The position numbers and the translations under genes were made by a program. Shown here one piece after another: positions 61,854-64,000 of a DNA stretch of 64,000 nt (the stretch's first letter is position 1; every line of letters starts with the position of its first letter). The DNA is from an uncultured Acidobacteriota bacterium. Lineage in GTDB: Bacteria > Actinomycetota > Acidimicrobiia > Spongiisociales > ZC4RG35. The DNA lies in NCBI GenBank assembly GCA_963828465.1, contig CAWHEU010000018.1, positions 32,001 to 96,000 on the forward strand, given 5' to 3'. The notes beneath the pieces were generated by a model. That model was not told where the DNA came from, did no database searches, and saw nothing but the letters and a program-made list of their open reading frames with translations.

Positions 61854-62786
61854 TCAACCGAGGGGCTCCAAACCCCTTGTGTTGGCTCCGGAGATGACAG
61901 CGACGACGCTCTCTCCCGGAACGGGCACGTAGGCCTCACTCGCCAAGGCAGCGATCGGGGCGCATGCCGCCGGCTCGGCCAGGACGCGGCACGTCTCCCA
62001 CAACCATGTCTGCGCATTCACGATGTCCTGATCCGACACCAGGACCGATTGGTCGATCCATTCATTGGCGCGCCAGGCGTGGTCACCGAGCCTGGAGGCG
62101 CCAAGGGCAGAAGCGGCGATCCCACCGACGGCGACATCAACCGGCCCGCCTACCTCTCGGGCAGCATGAAGGGCAGGACACCCCTCCGACTCAACTCCAA
62201 CCACGGTGGCACTGTCACGGACCCAGCTGGCGATTCCACCGATCAACCCGCCACCTCCCACGGCTACCAGGATCGAGGCTGGTTCCGGGACCTGAGAGGT
62301 GATCTCCATGCCGCAGGTCCCTTGACCTGCCACCACGTCACGCTGGTCATAGGCATGGATCTCGTGAGCCCCCGATTCCCGCCGCCACGCTCGCGAGGCC
62401 GCCAGCGCATCGGGGTAGTAGCCGGGCACGACGCGGACATCGGCTCCCAAGGTGGCGATCCGCCCCACCTTCTCCTCGGGCGAGCTCCCGGGAACGAATA
62501 CGGTCGCCGCGTGACCCAGAGCTCCGGCGGCATAGGCAACGGCCAGCCCGAAATTCCCGCCTGAGGCGGCGACGACCCCGCTCTGGGGAACGGCCCGTTT
62601 GGTCAGGTCGGAGAACGCCCCACGCACCTTGAACGAGCCAGTTGGCTGCATCGAGTCGAGTTTGAGAGTGAGCCGGTACTGGCCGCCCATCGCGTGCCCG
62701 AGATCCAGGGTCGGGGTCCGCCGCACGTAAGGCCGTATCCGGTGCGCGGCGGCTTCGATATCGGCCCTTGTGATCTCCTCGAGCAC
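61854..62786 (-). CDS. PLP-dependent serine/threonine dehydratase-like protein
   Basis: Probable GTG at 62786; TGSFKVRGA, ASGGNFG, GQGT, VGGGGLIGG, SGAN. Confidence 0.9.
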   Translation of the reverse strand: MLEEITRADIEAAAHRIRPYVRRTPTLDLGHAMGGQYRLTLKLDSMQPTGSFKVRGAFSDLTKRAVPQSGVVAASGGNFGLAVAYAAGALGHAATVFVPGSSPEEKVGRIATLGADVRVVPGYYPDALAASRAWRRESGAHEIHAYDQRDVVAGQGTCGMEITSQVPEPASILVAVGGGGLIGGIASWVRDSATVVGVESEGCPALHAAREVGGPVDVAVGGIAASALGASRLGDHAWRANEWIDQSVLVSDQDIVNAQTWLWETCRVLAEPAACAPIAALASEAYVPVPGESVVAVISGANTRGLEPLG

Positions 62787-62835
62787 CTGGGCGAGCGTAT
62801 GCGATGATGGTGTGACCGGTCGTAGCCTGCGACAA

Positions 62836-64000
62836 ATGACGTCCATCGATCTCGGCCCGTTCCCGTCGGCCTCCGGCTTCGATGCGGCAGTCGAGCTCGA
62901 TGGTTCTGACCCGCTCGCCGGATTCAGGGAGAGGTACGTGTTCTCCGACCCGGACCTCATCTATCTCGACGGGAACTCCCTGGGGCGGCTGCCGTCGGCT
63001 GCCGCGCCTGCTGTCGAGCAGGTGGTTCGGCACGAATGGGGAAACCGTCTCATCAGATCCTGGAACGAGGTTTGGTGGGACCTGCAACTCCACATCGGTG
63101 ACCGCGTGGCGCCACTGATCGGAGCAGGTCCCGGTGAGGTCATCATCTCCGATTCGACCTCGGTGAACCTCTACAAACTGGCCACAGCGGCGCTGAGGGC
63201 CCGGCCCGGCCGGGACAAGATCATTTCCGACAACTCCAATTTCCCGACCGACGTATATGTGTTGCGAGGGGTAGCCGAGGCGGGTGGAGCGACACTCGAG
63301 ATCGTCGCTACCGAGGACACAGCCGACCCGATGGGAGTCTTGGAATCTGCCCTGGACGAGAGGACCGCTCTTGTCTCCTTGTCACACACTGCCTTCAAGT
63401 CGGGATACACCTACGACCTCGCCGCAATCACCGAGAAGGTGCATCGACTCGGGGGTCTGGTGTTATGGGACCTGAGTCACTCCGTGGGCGTGCTGCCGAT
63501 CGACCTGGAGGTTGCCGGCGCGGACCTGGCGGTCGGCTGCACATACAAGTACCTGAACGGTGGCCCCGGGTCGCCCGCGTTCCTCTACGTGAGAAGATCG
63601 CTGCAGGGCTCTCTGGACAATCCGATCACGGGCTGGTGGGGGCACGCCGAGCCGTTCGACTTCGATCTCGAGTTTCGACCCACGGACGGAATCAGGAAGT
63701 TTCACAGCGGCACCATGCCGATGATCTCCCTCGCCGTCATCGACGCCGGGCTAACCGATGTGGCGGAGGCCAGAATCGATCGGGTGAGAGCGAAGTCGGT
63801 CTCTTTGACCGACTTCTTCATCGATCAGTGGGAGGAGCACCTGGAAAAGCTCGGTTTTGCGCTTCGGACCCCGCGCGAGTCTGCGCGGCGAGGGTCGCAC
63901 GTCTCCCTGTCCCACCCCGATTCATGGCCCATCGACCGGGCACTCATCGAGGTAGGGAAGGTCATCCCCGACTTCCGGGCGCCGGACAACATGAGGTTCG
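62836..64000 (+). CDS. kynU: kynureninase (runs off window)
   Basis: Manual translation from ATG at 62836: DPLAGFRERY..IYLDGNSLGRLP, DSTSVNLYKL, NFPTDVY, WDLSHSVG, VGCTYKYLNGGPG, GWWG, RGSHVS. Confidence 0.95.
   Translation, partial: MTSIDLGPFPSASGFDAAVELDGSDPLAGFRERYVFSDPDLIYLDGNSLGRLPSAAAPAVEQVVRHEWGNRLIRSWNEVWWDLQLHIGDRVAPLIGAGPGEVIISDSTSVNLYKLATAALRARPGRDKIISDNSNFPTDVYVLRGVAEAGGATLEIVATEDTADPMGVLESALDERTALVSLSHTAFKSGYTYDLAAITEKVHRLGGLVLWDLSHSVGVLPIDLEVAGADLAVGCTYKYLNGGPGSPAFLYVRRSLQGSLDNPITGWWGHAEPFDFDLEFRPTDGIRKFHSGTMPMISLAVIDAGLTDVAEARIDRVRAKSVSLTDFFIDQWEEHLEKLGFALRTPRESARRGSHVSLSHPDSWPIDRALIEVGKVIPDFRAPDNMRF

Overview
High-GC actinobacterial core-genome segment. The gene set and order (mIHF, pgsA-acyltransferase-pimA cluster, pyrR-led pyr operon, EF-G paralogue, DUF4388 plus prepilin peptidase between aroE and aroC) suggest Acidimicrobiia; this is an inference. 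Nearly all genes are housekeeping genes on the minus strand: thrS, PIM synthesis, pdxST, yebC, ruvCAB, queA-tgt-yajC, apt-relA, hisS-aspS, rarA, alaS-ruvX-mltG-aroE, aroCB, efp-nusB, pyrRBC-carAB-pyrDF, mIHF-gmk-rpoZ-coaBC-metK-priA-def-fmt-rpe, ribDEAH, infC-rpmI-rplT and pheST. I found no rRNA, tRNA, CRISPR array, integrase or transposase, and I cannot support a large new multi-gene system. The best leads are small: (1) a pyrR leader with a PyrR-binding stem over an SD, a 13-codon uORF and mutually exclusive hairpins; (2) an attenuator-like infC leader with an ATC start; (3) a REP-like palindrome that forms the ribD C-terminus; (4) an orphan 306-aa protein with an AlpA/Xis-like HTH, divergent from LexA-boxed ruvC; (5) a sigma28/WhiG-type promoter before DUF4388-pilD, plus an orphan REC-GGDEF gene coupled to rpe; (6) an APH-fold pseudo-kinase; (7) a CTG-start PriA with degenerate helicase motifs; (8) many apparently leaderless promoters. 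Single-base frameshifts in gmk, pyrF, aroE and mltG are most likely read or assembly errors.
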